The notes: generated by a model from the sequence alone, not told the origin. A stretch of DNA of 62,940 nucleotides from Calcarisporiella thermophila CBS 279.70 (GCF_041956535.1 NW_027192214.1:1-62940); one strand, 5' to 3'; positions 38,017 to 51,100 are shown, numbered from the stretch's first letter. Translations and numbers: made by a program.

Positions 38017-38670
38017 ATGCCACTTCAACTATCCTCTTTTGGAAAATCAGCTCTTATTATAATAGATATGCAGGAGCATTTCCGATCGATTGGTCAAGCA
38101 CTGATCCCAGTCCTGATTCCTCTCATCACCCGTTGCCACGACAAAGGTATTCCTTGCTTTTGGACGCAACATGGCCATCGTAATTTCAAAAATGATGGAG
38201 GATCCTTGGGCCGTTGGTGGGGAGAGGAGGATAGTATTGTGTATGGAACAAAAGCATGGCAATTAATGCCAGAGCTGGCTAGATATAGGGAAAAAGCGGA
38301 CGCTACAATCGATTCCAAGATGCGGTATGATGCATTTATGGGAACAGAACTTGGTGCATTATTAAAATCACATGGAGTGAAAACCTTAATAATTGCTGGT
38401 GTGATGACAAACTTATGTTGTGAGGTTTTACTTAATCCAATATTCTATACTTAACGGTGTATAGAAAGCACTAAATGTTTACATAACAATTAGACAACCG
38501 CTCGATCGGCATTTAACTTGGATTATAACGTAGTTTTTCTTTCTGATGGGTGTGCAACAGCTTCAAAGGAGATGCACGAAGCGACTTTATTAAATTTAGA
38601 ATTCGGTTTTGCCAAAATTGTCAAAACGGAGGACGCAATCGCTATGATCAGTGAGGGTGTACTTGTATGA
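38017..38670 (+). CDS. Isochorismatase/nicotinamidase-family cysteine hydrolase (2 exons)
   Basis: Triad motifs IIDMQ, KMRYDAF and TNLCCE|TTARSAF across intron 38425-38493; stop TGA 38668-38670. Confidence 0.92.
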
Positions 38671-39307
38671 TGAATTAAATATACTTTGTGTATGTATACT
38701 TTGTAAAGGTATCGTATATCTGTGGATCGCAATATACTAATGTTGGGTAATACAATTTTTAATAACCTATTGAAATGTTTTAGGTGGAATTACACTTATT
38801 AATATTATGTTATATTTTAAATATATCGTATCTTCATTTTCTACGCATAAAATGCAATCTAAGTTGCATATCAGCAAATGCCACCTAGTATGAATCCCTC
38901 ATAGTCATATACGAAAAGAAGATTAAGTATTAATTAAATTTGGGCGGGTGGTTTAAATACTATTATTGTAGACTTAAAAGCGAGCTGTTTAAAAGCAGAG
39001 GATTGGGGCATGTCACCCAATAAATTCCAATTCTATATACCAACTGCTTGAAATATGAGCTGATCGGATTATATGACGAATTGCTATTCAGATGATTCAA
39101 GTATCCGGTTCGATATGTAAATTGAACGTGACTATTTTTCAAACTCAACGCTCTCAAGTAATACACAGGGGGAGGGATCGTTTAAAGCTAGGGCTAGTGA
39201 TAAAAATTTGCCACTACTTCATGAATTTGCCAGGCTAGTTTTTAAAGCTAGTATTCAAAATATCCTAATTAGAAATCCAAGCTTGATTTCAATCTATAAC
39301 AAAATTT

Positions 39308-39670
39308 ATGATGGTTTATTTGAGTTTAATATTTATATTTGTGACATATGCATCTTGTGTACTTGGTTGTGCCGTTCCAAATGGCGGATACACTTTCACT
39401 TTAAAAAGGAAAGATGATGGTACCAAAATATGCTCTGTTACCGCGAACGATATACAAAAGATCCAATCGCTTGTGTATTGTCTTGACGTTGAAAAGAAGA
39501 TGGTTAATATTATCCAATACGAAACTTGGACAGCACGAGATTGCGAAGGAGTTTGGGGATCCTCAGTTCGAGATTCGAGTTGTAATGCTTCCAGTGATTA
39601 TATCAGCCCATCTATGTGCTCAGCTGCATTCGACGATTGTATGAAAAAAAAATATGAGATAGCTATATAG
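39308..39670 (+). CDS. Small secreted Cys-containing protein of unknown function (120 aa)
   Basis: Signal-peptide-like N-terminus, a KR dibasic site and six Cys after it; AATAAA just downstream of the stop. Confidence 0.65.
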   Translation: MMVYLSLIFIFVTYASCVLGCAVPNGGYTFTLKRKDDGTKICSVTANDIQKIQSLVYCLDVEKKMVNIIQYETWTARDCEGVWGSSVRDSSCNASSDYISPSMCSAAFDDCMKKKYEIAI

Positions 39671-39838
39671 ATAAATCCATATTATAATAAATAATTACCT
39701 CATGGATATATTGCGAAGATTTGAAAATGCAGAAAATACTTTGAGAGTATATCAAAACAACGCAAGTCAAATCCGTCGAATATTAAAGATGTGGTTTTTA
39801 TATACAATTATCACAAAATATAAAACGAAAAATTTGTA

Positions 39839-39920
39839 CGACAGCTGCAGGATTTGAACCTGCGCGGGCAGTGCCCATATGATTTCGAGTCATACACCTT
39901 AACCACTCGGTCAAGCTGTC
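39839..39920 (-). tRNA. tRNA-Ser(CGA), intronless
   Basis: GACAGCT/AGCTGTC acceptor stem, D-arm GACCGAGTGGTTAAGGT, anticodon arm ATGA-CTCGAAA-TCAT, long variable arm, T-loop GGTTCAAATCC, discriminator G. Confidence 0.96.
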
Positions 39921-40004
39921 CAATAGTTACTATTAGTCACGTGAGGATGTAAATTTTATGTTAGCAATATCCATGAAATCTCACTCGCGCCGCTATTTTT
40001 TCGG

Positions 40005-40695
40005 GCCGTCCTTGGATGGCACAGTAAGAGTCCCGGAGCTTGACTATTGTGTGCTGGGTTCGATTCCCGGTTACAGCACCCGTCCATGAGAGTTTGCCGA
40101 GTTTTTCTCAGGACTCAATTGCTATCAATAGTATAGCAACAAGCAATTAATATCAAGCGGCTACAAAAATAGGTAGCAAAAATCCTTAGGAGAAATTCAA
40201 CTACAAAATTGGAGGCCAGGGACAGCACCTGGGTGATTTTGACGTAGAAGTCTAACCTTCCATTCCCTTCAGATAAAAATCATCAAGTGGATAAAGTGAC
40301 ACTCTCCCAAAACACTGCGCTCTACACTAGCGAATCCTCGTAGAGCAGCTATTTACCAATTTGACATATCCCAATTGCGACCAAAAGTGTTTCAGCAACT
40401 ATTTTGTGGGGACACAATTCGACATACATTCTTCAAATGCCCAGTATTTTTCATTAGCGTGACGGTGGGTGGAGAGGAGTTTCAACACCATCACAGGCCC
40501 CCAGGATGCCTAGGTGCTGACTACTCGTAATCTCGTATTAAGAGGATTACCTGAATCTCAGCAATTAGCAAGGCGTTTGGCCCAAATCACTTTCGACTTC
40601 GTACTCTGGCAAATATCTAGGATAACGCTTCCTTTCACCCGAGACCATCATCAACTGTACCAAACTTGGTATTGATAAGTCCGTTTGAGTTTTTT
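40005..40695 (+). ncRNA. Candidate Pol III-type structured ncRNA or tRNA-derived SINE
   Basis: A-box-like TGGCACAGTAAG (40017-40028), exact B box GGTTCGATTCC (40057-40067), many helices with G-U pairs mainly on the + strand, T6 at 40690-40695, and no ORF >=60 aa in the track. Confidence 0.55.
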
Positions 40696-41181
40696 ATTCT
40701 ACTATACTTTTGAAACCACAGCAAATTTTTCCTTCTCTATTACTTTTCCACCTTTTCTTTCCAGAATATCCAGGTAATAACCTTACGGAATTTTGGCATA
40801 ACTGAAGCTCCAAGATCACTTAGGCAAATTGTCCAAATTTTTAATCGACTAGGTACTCTGTTAGATTCTTCGGGACCCAATAGCTTTTCACTTTGACTAG
40901 ATTCTATCATCATCCGAGACTCTCGCAAACAATACCAAATATATTAATGAGGAGGTCATAAGAACCGGATTGGTTAGGGCATGGAAGCGGTAAGAAATCG
41001 AAAATTTATGAAGTGGTGCAATCAGGGTTAGTGATCGAAGGACCCGTAAGTGTAGTTCAGATATTGCCATATCATAATTTGATTAAACTCTAGATAGTGC
41101 AAAAGCAATATATCTCCTTTTGGTATTAAGTTACAAATATTTTATTACAAAAGTTTGTTTTTTTGACAAGGTCGCAAAGGC

Positions 41182-44100
41182 TTATATTCTATTCAGTATT
41201 GTTTTCTGGATAACCAACTTAATATGACGCATTGCAACTGAATTTATGTTGGTATTTTCCCTCATGGCTTGGAAACACGCCTCTCTAATTATTATATAAT
41301 TAATGAACATCTTCATGCCAAGCTCGAAAAAAGGAAAATTACCGAAATATATATTCAATGTCTGCGCAGGTAAATCCCTCCGTTAGCTCCACTACTTTTC
41401 CGATATTTAATTCGTGATCAAATGGCACTTTTTCACCGATTTTTTCAATGATATCTCTACGATCTTCTTCTGTGGGTAGAGGAATGTGGATTAGTTGATC
41501 CAGCCTACCCGGTCGCAACAACGCATCATCCATCTCCTCCCGTCGATTTGTGCAACCAAGTATGAATACTCCACGCCTTTCCTCAATGCCATCCATTTCA
41601 TTTAAGAGAGTTGAGAGCACTCTTTCTTGAATACCGCTATCACCTTCAGAATTCCAATCTGAAAGCAAGAAAACATTGAAAATGATTCTTTAGCCACAAC
41701 TTAAAATAAGTATAAGTACCCCTTTTGGAACAAATTGCATCCATCTCATCAAAAAATATAACGCAAGGCTGTATCCTTTTAGCCTGAGCAAATATGCGTC
41801 TAATTATGCGCTCAGATTCACCAAGGTATTTGGAAAATACTTCTGGGCTAGAAAAAAAAAGTGAATAAGATGAGTAGGAAAATAAAGTTATATATTCTTA
41901 GATACTATAACTTACCCTTTGATCTGGATTACATTTACAAGAGATTCGGACAAAAGGGCCTCAGCTAAAGCAGTTTTGCCACATCCTTGATAAATATGAA
42001 CAAGATTGAGTACTTTGATAGACGCTTAATTATGTGACTCGTTTACCAGAGGGGCCATATAATAGCATTCCTGAGGGAGGTCGAACACCAATATTTGTAT
42101 AAGTCTCAGGTCTTGTGAGAGAGTGTATAACGATCTGGCGCATACGGTTACGTATATTAAAGTAGCTAAATGAAGCATTATTAACACAAATATTTATAGT
42201 TTACGGCCAACTAAACCTACCCTCCGATATCCTTCCAGTGCCGTTTGGATATTTTAGATTCAAACTCCATGTGCTGCGAAGGCCTAGTTAGTTGAAGAGC
42301 AGCCTCAAAATCCCTCCATTTCGGCTTGATATGATGGAATTTCATTTTTTTCAGCTCCTCGGTGGATATTAAATCAGATAAAGTGAGTTGGGAAAACGAT
42401 TCCTCTAGTTTGTCGACTTGATTCTTAACAGTATCAGTTGGTCTTGGTGATAGCTGATTTCGCATCGCTCCAAGGAGAGCATTACGACAAAGTTTTACAA
42501 GATCAGCAGGCACGAAGCCTGAGGTTGCCTATTATAGAGCTAGTTATGTAATAGTTCAAAAAGTAATGAATACGAGAGAAAAATATTACCTGACTAATTT
42601 GCATCGCCAGGCCATCACGAGCAGAGTCTTTTAAGTTGGCTCGTCGAAGTAGGGTTTTAAGAATTTCTTCTCTCTGCAATCTAATTTATAGGTTTATTTT
42701 AGTAAGCCCAAATAAGAGACTATATGAGAAGAAAAAAAGGGTCTAATACCTTGAAGGGATAGGTATATTAAGCTCGCTTTGAAACAGCTCATTGTTACGT
42801 AAAATTTCTGGAAGTCGGGCTCGATCCCTACTTAAGCCAATTACAAAAATCTAAACGAAAAAGTTAACCTCTATATGTTCAAGTGGGCTAGAAATATTAA
42901 CCCACATCATCACCCTTTTCTAGCTCGGAGATACATCTGATTAGGGCATCGAGAGCGGCTGTTCTAAAATTGCTGTCAAATCGATTTTCTTTTGGAAAAT
43001 AAGGTATAGAACTTTATCAGCTTCAGTATTAATATATATCACTTACCAAGGGCGAATAAATCTAAATCTTTGATTAAAATAATCGACGGAGACATCAAGT
43101 ACGCTATATTAAATGCTTGGCGTATAGGGTTCATGCTTTTCCAGAATTTATCTTCATCCAATTCATGACAGCTAAAGATTTCCGCTATTGACAAGACATG
43201 AGTGGAAACCTTAAGATTGCTGCTAACAGCACTGAGAAAGATAGCGTGATAAGTGCTTCAAAAATAAATATTAGCTATACATATGAAAACATACTTTATA
43301 AGAGTTTTTTTTCCGACACCAGCAACACCCGATACAATCGCTGATTTAATACACATATTGCTGAGTCGCTGCTGTGCGGAAGAATACCTAAATGCTGTCT
43401 CTAAATAGTCAAAATAGAATTGGTTCATAGACTTAGAATTATAAATTTTAGATTTCTGTTTCGATTTTATACCAATAATATTAGACAGTTCTTTGAATTC
43501 TTTTTCGTAACCGGAACAACTCCTCGTCTGTTCAATGCCGTGGACCCTAGCTTTGCTAATCTCCAGAATCGTCATTTCGCGATCAATGTAAGATATTTTC
43601 GCAGAAGTTTGATCATTTGTATCTTTAGCATCGTCAATCCGAAATATGTATTCACGACCAAACGCCCGAACTCCAAATAAACAATCTTTTTGTATCTAAA
43701 GATTATCTATGTTTAAAATGAACAGGATAAAAGTGTACATAGTAATAATACATACCTGAATTGGGGATAACTGTCGGAATATAATGTCTTTCCAATCCGG
43801 CAAACGCCTTTTTAATAATATCAAGCGTTCATGGCTGCGTTTAAAAGAAGGAGGGATAACCGCTTTATATTGAGCTATCGGAGAAATCGTAATTCTATGG
43901 AATGGTTCACATTCGCCTATTAACCAAAATATATCTTACTACAGCTCCTTAAAAAAAGTCATGACATCAAGGACTAAATACTCATTACGGCTTTTATTTT
44001 AGCTCTTGAACCTGATTGAGCGCCAGCATCACCAAACCATGTAGGCAACGCTATCTTGGATAAGTCTATATCATCACAGGCACAATATCGAGAAATAGTT

Positions 44101-44264
44101 TTGAAAACTATTGTCGAATCATTGTTTTCTATTTCTATCAGAATTAGTCCAGAACTGAACGCATCAGTGTCAAGGGTACCAATATTTGAGGAATGTATCT
44201 TTGCCAATTGAGGATGTAAAGGTGACAATAGCTGTATTGAGAGATGAAGTTTTCTTTCTTCCAT
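41182..44264 (-). CDS. Double-AAA+ ATPase of the CDC48/AFG2/PEX6 group, many introns
   Basis: D2 is canonical (LLYGPSGCGKT, KGPEVFSKYLGESE, IFFDEMD, RVLSTLLNEMDG, ALLRPGRLD). D1 is degenerate (GVAGVGKK, LIKDLD). ATG at 44264; TAA at 41182-41184. Confidence 0.85.
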
Positions 44265-44375
44265 AATAAACTAATAGTGGTGGCCAAAAAACTAACAAAA
44301 CACGCTATTTAGTATGTGGCTTATATTTATTATTAAATAATATTCACTTAATAGTATATCATTTTTGACCTGATA
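44265..44375. promoter_or_regulatory. Putative bidirectional promoter
   Basis: Only 111 bp separate the divergent ATGs of the AAA ATPase and TAF13; AT-rich centre. Confidence 0.6.
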
Positions 44376-44903
44376 ATGGAAGGCTCTAAGGACAAAGATA
44401 AAGAACAAAAAGTTGAAACCCGTGGTAGAAAGCCGATTGCAAAAAAAGGGCTTTTCGCAAAAGACTGTAAGTTAACTTAACAAATGCGACGGCTCCGATC
44501 TAATTCCTTTATATAGTAAGGCTTTTGATGTACGGATTTGGTGATGTTCAAAATCCTTCTCGCGATTCTGTCAATGTATTGGAGGAAATGGTAATAGAAT
44601 ATATAACAGATATGGTTTGTATTTAATGAGATTGTATTTTTGAATTCTTATATTGCTTTCTGAACATATTTTTTTTAATTCTCAATTGCATAGTGTTTGA
44701 AAGCTGCGAAAGTCGCAGAAAGACGTGGTAAAGTTAAAGTCGATGATTTTAAATTTGTATTGCGCAAAGATCCAAAGAAGCTGGCGCGCGTAGAGGAATT
44801 ACTTTTCATGAGTGAGGATATTGAGCGTGCTAAACAGGCATTTGATCAGGAAGAGATAGAAAAGCCTGGTGCGAGTAATACAATTGGCTCATCTGGTGCT
44901 TGA
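44376..44903 (+). CDS. TAF13: Transcription initiation factor TFIID subunit 13 (3 exons)
   Basis: LFAKD|LRLLMYGFGD...VLEEMVIEYITDM|C...KVKVDDFKFVLRKDPKKLARVEELL; introns 44467-44516 and 44615-44693. Confidence 0.93.
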
Positions 44904-45165
44904 CATGCTCTATTACATTATTTCGCTTCTTTCGATTGTAATTCTTTTTTTGCTTGTATTTTATGATTTTTTTATATAAAAAACTATTCTCAAGAAGATC
45001 TGATTATATTTATAAAAAATCTAGAAAAATATAACTTTAAACGCATAAGAAATTGTATAGAAAATGATATATGAGAGAAATATCTAATAAAAATATACAA
45101 TATATAAAAAGTAAAAAGTAAAAAATAAAATAAAATTTCTCACCAACCACTTCGAAGGCTGCTTT

Positions 45166-48100
45166 TTAACCACTCATTAAGCTGAAATATTGTTGCAACG
45201 CATCACTCAGCACGTCGGGTAGGGCATTGATATCACGCACGATCACATAATAATCAAACGGGAATGTATCCAAATATCTAGTCATTTTGAGCGACATTTT
45301 TCCGCCGCTTTGCATCTGATAATTTACTTGAGTCATATTCATGATCGAGTTATTCTCTGATTTGTTGTCTACGACGATAAAAATAATCATAACCCGCTGC
45401 TCAGCTGCACGACGTACTAGTGCATGAATTGACTCATGTTCCTCGCATATTCCATCCGATACTATCAATTGCAGCTGCCATAAATCTGCACTGGAAGACG
45501 AATGCCTCGCCGAGCGCGCATGCTCTAGTAACCCAAGAGTAGTTTCAACCATTTTCTTCACATAAGTCTTATTTTGATTGAAGGTGAATTGCCGCAACAC
45601 GTTTGCTCCCGCCTCATCAGTGAATGGCTGCTCAAAAGGATGTAATAAACGCACAGTTTCTCCAAAGCTCACTATTGACAAATCGCCTACTTCAAGCTGT
45701 GACAGTGCTTTAGACATTAGTGCGAGAGTTTCGTATGCCAGCTGAACAGAACGTGACTCGGACATTGACTTCGAATCATCTATTGCAATCATAACCTGAT
45801 ACTCGCGCTTACTCGGTTTTGTTCGTCGCAGCCAGATTTTGTCCTTTTTGAATTGACTCGCAATATAGGGAATAATCTTTTTCATATTGAGTCGCTTTCC
45901 TGTTCGATAATCACCCTTAAATTTGGTTGCTAGAGTTGGCTCAAGTATTAGACGGAGTTGTTCACACAAGCCCATTGCAAGATCATGAGTGAGTGTTTCG
46001 AACTTTTGCCAGAGCGCGCGCGAGCGGGATTCGTCTTGTCCACTTAATCGCCATTCTGTCAAACGCTCCTCTAATTCTTGTCGAATACGCTCAACTTCAT
46101 CTGCATCAAGAGGCTCGCGAGCTTCACCAAGGCTCTGCGACTGATTCTTGGCTTCAATACCTTGACTCTCTTCGTCTCCTTCCACTTCTTGCTTCGAATG
46201 TCTATCCTCTCTTCCATCGGCATCATCTCTGCGTCTCTGCAAGAAAGCCCCTTTTTCAGCCTCTTTACGCTCCACTATTTCAATATCCTCATACTCAAAT
46301 TGATGATGAGCATTTTGATCCATATTAATGTCTTCGGTTGCTGCGTGTCGCTGTTCACTTGGTTCCTCTGAGAATTCCTCGTCAATAGCCCCAATATCAC
46401 CCAATGTATCCACCTGCTCTTCTGTTGCATCAGCCATAACTTGAGTGTCATGGGCGTCCTCATCGTGTTTAACGAACTCAAACTCCTGCTTTTCATCCAC
46501 TCTCATCTCATCTTCTCTTCCACTCTCTTCTCCATCTTGCCTTTTTTCCGCACCATCCTCTTCTTCTTCACCAGACACCATCTGTAATCTTCTCTTCCAC
46601 TCCTTCAGTACATCACCTAGATTTTTTAGTGGATTAACCTCCTTCTCACTATCTTTCTTCTCGTCGTCCATTTCCCCTCTTTCTTCTTTCTTTTCTCCTG
46701 CACCATCTCCAGATTCACCGCCTTCTTGTGACATATCCATTTCCTTGTCCTCTTTCTTGCCGCTGCTCTTTGATTGACCTTGCTTTCCATCCATATTTTG
46801 TTCTTTCTCCATCTGGCTTCCATCGCTTGTTTTACCCGACTCGCCTTCAACGCCAAATATATTATTTGCGCTTGCGGTTTGATTTGGTTGCTCTTGTCCC
46901 GTTACCTTTTTCTCTTCATCCTCTTGCTTCTTGTCTTCCTCCGCCTCTTGTACTGGATCTTCGCCATCACCACGCATTTCCGATCTGCCACCTTCTTCCT
47001 CCTTTTCTTCACCTATGTCATCCTGATCTTTATCATTGCTTTCATTTTCCTCTGCCTCACCAGAATTTTCAGCACCATCAGGGCCATTGTTTTGTTGATT
47101 TTCAGTATTTGTCTCTGGAGTAGTCGATTCATCTTGAACAGAATCCTCCTCTTTATCAGCTTTCTCCTCGTTGTTGCCAGTATTTAAGGGAGGGGCGGGA
47201 ACTTCGTCGATATCCATGTTGTCTGGGACATCATCGGCTTCATCCTGCTGCTCCTCCTCTTCACCTTCGCTTCCATCAAGATTCATATTATCAGGGAGAT
47301 CGAGAACTTCAGCATTTGGAGCTTCGACATTCCAGGCATCACTTGGCTTTGGAGGTTCTTCTGCTTCTTCCTCTCCTTCCTCTTCACCTTTCTCCTCTTC
47401 CTGCAGCGCGTCTTCAATTCCCTCGTCTTCATTTTGGGACTCTACATTGTTGTTCGACTTCTCCTGATCTTTCTGCGATTGTTGTTCATTGCTCGTAGAG
47501 GCCTCATCCTTCGCTACTAACTCCTTTTCGTTTGAACTTTCCTCCTCGATACCTGGCTTATCAACAACCTTTTCTGAATCTTTTGATTCGTCAGTTGCAT
47601 CATTAGTATCATCTGACCACATCTTATCGTCAATGGCTGTCTCATCAAAATCATCAACATCTCCCATGCGCTCTTCCATCTCTTCCTTTTCGTCTTCGTC
47701 ATCCTCTTCAGGACCAGCATCATCTTCTGATTGTGGTTCTATATCCTCAAGCTTACCGTCAAAATCGTTTTGCATTTCAAGGGCATTATCTTCTTCTTTG
47801 GTGTCATCACGGTTCTCGGGAGGCTGCGAATCGCTCTGAGTTCCAAGAATTTGCTCTTCATCTTCAATTTGCTCGCTCACATCCTTACTTCCTTTGGTTT
47901 CCCCTTCACCCATTCCCGTACCAGATTCAAGCTTTCCATCCCCTTCTTCACCGCCTTCCATACCCTCAGCACCCTCTGGCATGCAAAAGCCTTTTGCAAA
48001 AAGCACAGTGAACATCGCGCACATCACATAGGTTAACTTACAAAGCGATTTGTGATGGGAAATAAAAGATATCAAAAAACGTTGGGTAGTGAGGAGGTGC

Positions 48101-51100
48101 TGATGCAGGAACGGGTAGATGCGATTCAACCAGGCGGTAATGAAGCGGCTATAGATATTATTATCATCGATAATGTTATCTATCGATGAAACGATCGAGA
48201 GTACTACGCGTAGCTGCTTGTCAACAGCTTCAATTGATAGCATGTTTGCAAAATTGCTGAATTTTTCGCTCTCTAGCCGTAAATGACCTTCTCGCATACC
48301 ATATTCATCCAAATCCGAAGAGACAACTTTAGTCTCTGGAGCGGCGGCAAACTTTTGTGCGGAGAGAAGTATAATGTCTATCAGTCGTTTAGCCGCATTT
48401 GTAAACTCTGCAAGCTGCTCTTTAGTAATCTCTGAACGCTGCATTTCTTCAGTACTGTTCGAAATGGATCGTAAGCTACTAGTTGCATTGGAGAGGTAGC
48501 TTATTGTCGGTTCAAGGATTTCTCGCAGCTCAGGAACAATATCCACGATTATGTTCAGCTCATGAATAATTGCCACAAGCGACTCAATATGTGATTTGAC
48601 TAGGTTAGCAGTCTTGAAGGGGAACACAGGCATTTCGTCTCCGAGTGATGTTGCAGACTGCAAATGAGCGAAGGAACGACTGGATTCTTGGCGCAAATTA
48701 TCCGCAAGTATAAGGACATCGGAGAATATCTGCTTCCCTCTATCCAAAGCGTCAGCACCTCTCGGCAAACTTTGCGAGCGAATTTCATCAAGTACAGCTT
48801 CGATCACAGGCGCCAACTGAGATAACGAAATGGATACGCGTTCAATTACAGTTTTAGAATTTTTCATCGCTTCCTTTAGAGCTGAATTGAATGAGATGAA
48901 ATCGGGTTCTTCAGCAGAAGCGCCAATCGCAGGAAGTCGAAGTGAAGCAAGGTGTCGCGCGAGATCCCATACTCCTTTAGCTGAAGTTGTAAAATTGTAG
49001 AGAGAAATACGCTCGGAAATCACAAGCGAAAATAAATCCTCCGTAAATCCCAGCGACTTCTCTATTTGCTGGAGCGAGAGATCCACTTTAGAACCAGTTG
49101 AAGCAATTTCGCGTAGATGGCCCATACGGGCAGCGAGCCGGAAAAAGTATCCATCAGCTTTGCGCCATAATTTCATCATCACATTATGCTCCTCATGACG
49201 AATTGGTGTCCACTCTTGTTGTTCACCTGAAGTGTACTCCATTGTGATGTTCGTCATGTGCTCAAGATCAGGGAAGGGTAGAGAAAATATGTAGCCTGAG
49301 TCTTGCTGCTTCTGTATTGCCTTTTGATTACGGTACCGTAGGCCGAGCCGCTTCAGCTGACGCAATAGTTCAACGAGTGCCTTCATTTTCATTACTTTCT
49401 GGTGTTTAACAAGCTCTTTGTTCTCATCTGTCAAAGTGGCGGGAGTTTCCTTTCGGAATACATCGGCTTGAGTAATTATATCAATTGCAAATTCTTCTAG
49501 CGGTTGAGAATCATGTTGCACGAATAAGTCTGAACAGATGCTACGGAGACGGTCGTATGTTCCAGAAAGATTGTTGAATCGCTGTTGAGAATCCTCATTA
49601 GATTTTGAGCCTGCCAAGGATTGAATCTTAAGGAGATCAGCCGGGATTTCCGGAATATGAAGGGCGGATCTCCACTTGGATTTTGCATTGATGTAATCCT
49701 TAATAAGCGCTAAGTCCTCAGGCGATTGTTTAGCGTCAATATCAGCGGCCCATAAGGGTGCACTCTCAACGTACGCCTCACGGCACTTTTGTATTAATCC
49801 AAATACTGGTACGCTCAAAGCCTCTCGATATCTCCGCAGACACTTGTGAAGTTGACGATGACCTTTAGCAGCAGCCTGTTTAAGCGCATGTATATTGAGA
49901 TCAGCACGGATAGCTACACCAGCAAAGCTTTCAAGATCTCGTTCAATGATTGTACGCTGCTTGTGACGTTCCTTGTCTTCCAACAGCGGAAGGAATTGTG
50001 AATAGTAATAATGCACATTTGCAAGAACATCACCAACAGTATCAATAAACTTGCGTGAGAGTGAACCAGGAGGACGTAGTGACCCGACAGCATTATTATG
50101 TCGATTAAACATGTAAACGAGCTCGAGGCGCGATTTGAATTCGCCCAATGGTGCCATATAAAGGAATTGGTCAAGAGTAATGAGAATCTCTTTAATTAAG
50201 GACTTTCTGCTGCCATCGCTATTCTCTTCTTGTGAGTCTGCCATTTGCAACGGGGCAACTATAAGTGAGTTGTATAAATGAAGCCACCATTTGAAAGCTG
50301 AAGCAGTTGCGTAACGATCTTGGGTATCAAGGAGTGTGCGCCAGCATCCAAATTCAAGTGCTCTCCAGTGGACAATAAGTTCAGAAAGATCTAGCTGATG
50401 AGATTTAATAGACACTTCTCGACTCGCATATGCTTCCCAATCCTCAGTCTTCTGGAGTAGAAGTTCAACACCGGTCAGCAACTTAGCAATTGGTGTGGAC
50501 ACAGGAAGAGAATTAAGGCGATCACAATAAGAGGCGATATTCTGGAGAACCATATGATCTGGCCAGCGTAAGAGCAATTCTTGAACACGTCTGTTTAATT
50601 GAAGCAGTACTGGCTGAAGTTTTTGCACTTCAACAATATTTTCGTCACGATAAAAATCATACGATGAACCAATTGCATCCACCACTTTTCGTCGTTTACT
50701 CGGCTTTGTGTGCACCTTTTTCCCGTTTGCTTCCTCCGCAGTTTCAAGTGTGAACGGTGAAGATCGCAAACGCTTTGAAGCACGCGCCAAGGCAAGGATA
50801 TGGGCAGTACGGGCAGATGAGTCCATCATTGAAGGAGTCAAGTCATCAAATAGATTGATCAATAACTCGCATGACATTTTATATGACGATTGAAGGGTGC
50901 TAGACAGAACCTCTTTGTTGTTCTGATAGGAAGCTGAAAATATATCTCTATGAATTTTCCCAATAAGGGATATGTCCGCATCATCGAGCGGGTTTTCTTC
51001 CTCTACCCGCAGCACGGCAACAGTGGAGTCTGTGGTCCTGTTTAAGATGTCACCTTCATCCTCGGCAATTCCGGTAAACTCCTCCTGAAAATCGGGGAAG

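Noticed and set aside
40005-40090. Second tRNA gene or tRNA-Sec
   Set aside because: A B box is present, but no D-arm or 7-nt anticodon loop and no UCA anticodon arm can be built.
40960-41040. GGTTAGGG / CAGGGTTAG as telomeric repeat or telomerase template
   Set aside because: Isolated 8-9-nt matches with no array and no evident surrounding structure; compatible with chance.
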